DNA of 62,305 nucleotides, filler included, from Stramenopiles sp. TOSAG23-2 (Eukaryota): NCBI GenBank assembly GCA_900128395.1. It is 4 parts of 4 records of this genome, joined end to end, with 100 filler letters (N's around TTAATTAATTAA, not from the genome) between each part and the next. Parts side by side here need not be neighbours in the genome. Positions count along the whole stretch, not along the records: positions 46,853 to 62,305 come from LT649707.1; 3 more parts are not named here. One strand, 5' to 3'. Shown piece by piece: positions 60,715 to 62,305 of this stretch (position 1 is its first letter; each line of letters starts with the position of its first letter). The notes under the pieces were generated by a model. It saw only the letters and a program-made list of their open reading frames with translations, ran no database searches and was not told where the DNA came from. The position numbers and the translations under genes were made by a program.

Positions 60715-60797
60715 AGATAGATTTGTCTCAGTTATTGTATTCTTTCTGGAGAGTAGGAATTATCAAGAGTAAATTAAAAAATAAGTTATTGCATTAA
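60715..60797 (-). repeat. Dispersed repeat module A, diverged partial copy
   Basis: TCAGTTATTGTATTCTTTCTGGAGAGTAGGAATTATCAAGAGTAAATTAAAAAATAA matches 28233-28291. Confidence 0.82.
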
Positions 60798-60853
60798 TTA
60801 TACACTCTATATATTAGACCAAATATCATATATTTTTGAAAACAAAAACCATC

Positions 60854-61879
60854 TCAATTAAACATCCCACCACCACCTTGATTACCTGCCAATAACCTGG
60901 TAAATTGTCTTATACCATAGGATAAACTATCTAAAAAATTCCTACGTCGTCGATATGCAAAATATCCAACACCAGCTACTACAGTAATACCAACTGCTGT
61001 TAATACTAATATTTGAACATCATCATCTGTTATTGGTTCATCTTCTAATAAAACTTCTTCCTCTTCCTCTTCTTTATCATCTGGATCATCTTTTGTTTCA
61101 ATATCATTATCTTCATCATCATGTTTACTTTCTAATGCCGCTTTTCCAATTTCAATTTTACGTGGTTCAATATCAGGCATATTTTGCACGGTTTGATATA
61201 TTCCTGTTTTTTTCTTATCACCAATTGCACATGTACTTAAATAGGACAATGCCACTGTTTTTTCACCTAATGGTATTAATATATTTAAACATAATATTTC
61301 AATTAATTCTCCATATCGTTCTTTTCCGGATGTTGTTACACTACTTTTTTCTGTGATCGGACCTTCACGTTTAGCAACTGCTTCCCAATGCCCTTGCATA
61401 TATAAACTTGCTTCGGATGTTTGTAAATAATTCGTTATTTCTTTCTTTGCTTCTTGTAATTTACCCATTGCGATGATTAATTTTAACCATACGACAGACA
61501 CTAAAAATGGCATAGCACTACGTAAATGTCTTAAATAATATAATGGTATAAATATGATACCTTGTTCAAATTCTTTTAAATCGGCATCTGTACGTATGCG
61601 ATCTACCCTATTTTCCAATTCATACCATGCTTGCATATATATGATAGAAAATGCAACAGCATCACTACCATATTTTCCACACGTTGTATGACGTAATGAT
61701 ATTTTACCACACATATTATCTGGATCTAATGGTAAAGTCGACCGTGCAACGTTATATAACCCTTTCTCTGCATTATCCAATGCAACTTGAAATTTTCGTT
61801 GTACCAATGCAATTTTTGCGATTTGAAATAAATTCTTTTGTGTATATTCCATTTGTTCTTTGGTTGGTGAGGTATTCAT
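60854..61879 (-). CDS. Tail-anchored helical protein, PEX26/APEM9-like (341 aa)
   Basis: IYMQAWYEL, YY....AMPFLV and RYGELIE..CLNILIPLG resemble PEX26 blocks. A single C-terminal TM (ILVLTAVGITVVAGVGYFAY) is followed by RRRR. Confidence 0.55.
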   Translation of the reverse strand: MNTSPTKEQMEYTQKNLFQIAKIALVQRKFQVALDNAEKGLYNVARSTLPLDPDNMCGKISLRHTTCGKYGSDAVAFSIIYMQAWYELENRVDRIRTDADLKEFEQGIIFIPLYYLRHLRSAMPFLVSVVWLKLIIAMGKLQEAKKEITNYLQTSEASLYMQGHWEAVAKREGPITEKSSVTTSGKERYGELIEILCLNILIPLGEKTVALSYLSTCAIGDKKKTGIYQTVQNMPDIEPRKIEIGKAALESKHDDEDNDIETKDDPDDKEEEEEEVLLEDEPITDDDVQILVLTAVGITVVAGVGYFAYRRRRNFLDSLSYGIRQFTRLLAGNQGGGGMFN

Positions 61880-62305
61880 GATGATAATACTATTAATTTG
61901 CCTCGTCTGTCTGCCTGTCTGTTTGTCAGTGTGTGTGTGCGTGTCTCTTTCTCTTCTCCCTGAATAAATCTACATGTATGTATCTAAGCACCTAATCCAA
62001 TTAATAAAAAATGTCCGTCCATCTTTTTCTCGTCGTTTACATTCATCATTGTTGTTTCCACATATTCTTATTCCTTCGTATCTATATATTTTTATAGGTA
62101 ATCTAGTAAGTAACATATTCTATCACACGAGGCGGCTACGTATAAAAATCTATCCTCTATCTATATTCTATATCCTGAATCCCTGACTAGTTCCCAAAAT
62201 ACAAAACCAAAACCAAAAGCTGCAAGCCTTAGGCAAGCCTTAGCCTAGGCCACAAAAGAATTTATTTCAAATCGCAAAAATTGCATTGGTACAACGAAAA
62301 TTTCA

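Overview
AT-rich, gene-dense, intron-poor eukaryotic nuclear DNA from a flagellated protist. A stramenopile-like marine protist genome bin is plausible but cannot be proven from sequence alone. The window is NOT one locus. Four contigs of decreasing length (1-15582, 15683-31168, 31269-46752, 46853-62305) are joined by artificial 100-nt spacers (N44-TTAATTAATTAA-N44), so adjacency across spacers is meaningless. About 28 protein-coding genes are supported, with only two clear GT-AG introns. Recognisable genes: Mn-type CDF transporter, LRR protein, ADAT3/Tad3, RIT1, BRCA2, ankyrin proteins, ADPGK, RSPH10B, DHHC palmitoyltransferase, VPS4, two acyl-CoA dehydrogenase/oxidase-family genes, a gamma-synergin-like EH protein, a GH-A clan glycosidase, SLC35B3, and MED20-, Sec10- and PEX26-like proteins. 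No rRNA, tRNA or CRISPR array was seen. Most interesting observations: (1) a protein joining p25alpha/TPPP-like domains to a C-terminal SAS-6 head domain; (2) a small F-box-like protein carrying a stand-alone dynein microtubule-binding domain; (3) loss of nearly all zinc ligands in both ADAT3 and the DHHC enzyme; (4) a dispersed ~190-bp repeat found between convergent gene 3' ends on all four contigs; (5) a systematic intergenic motif split, with CCWGG/CWG-rich palindromic islands upstream of genes and TACG/CGTA-rich tracts downstream; (6) a one-base frame break (TAA-T-ATG) in the synergin-like gene; (7) BRCA2 with identical tandem BRC units alternating with FxTP[RK] motifs. All protein calls are by-eye motif recognition; no database search was run.
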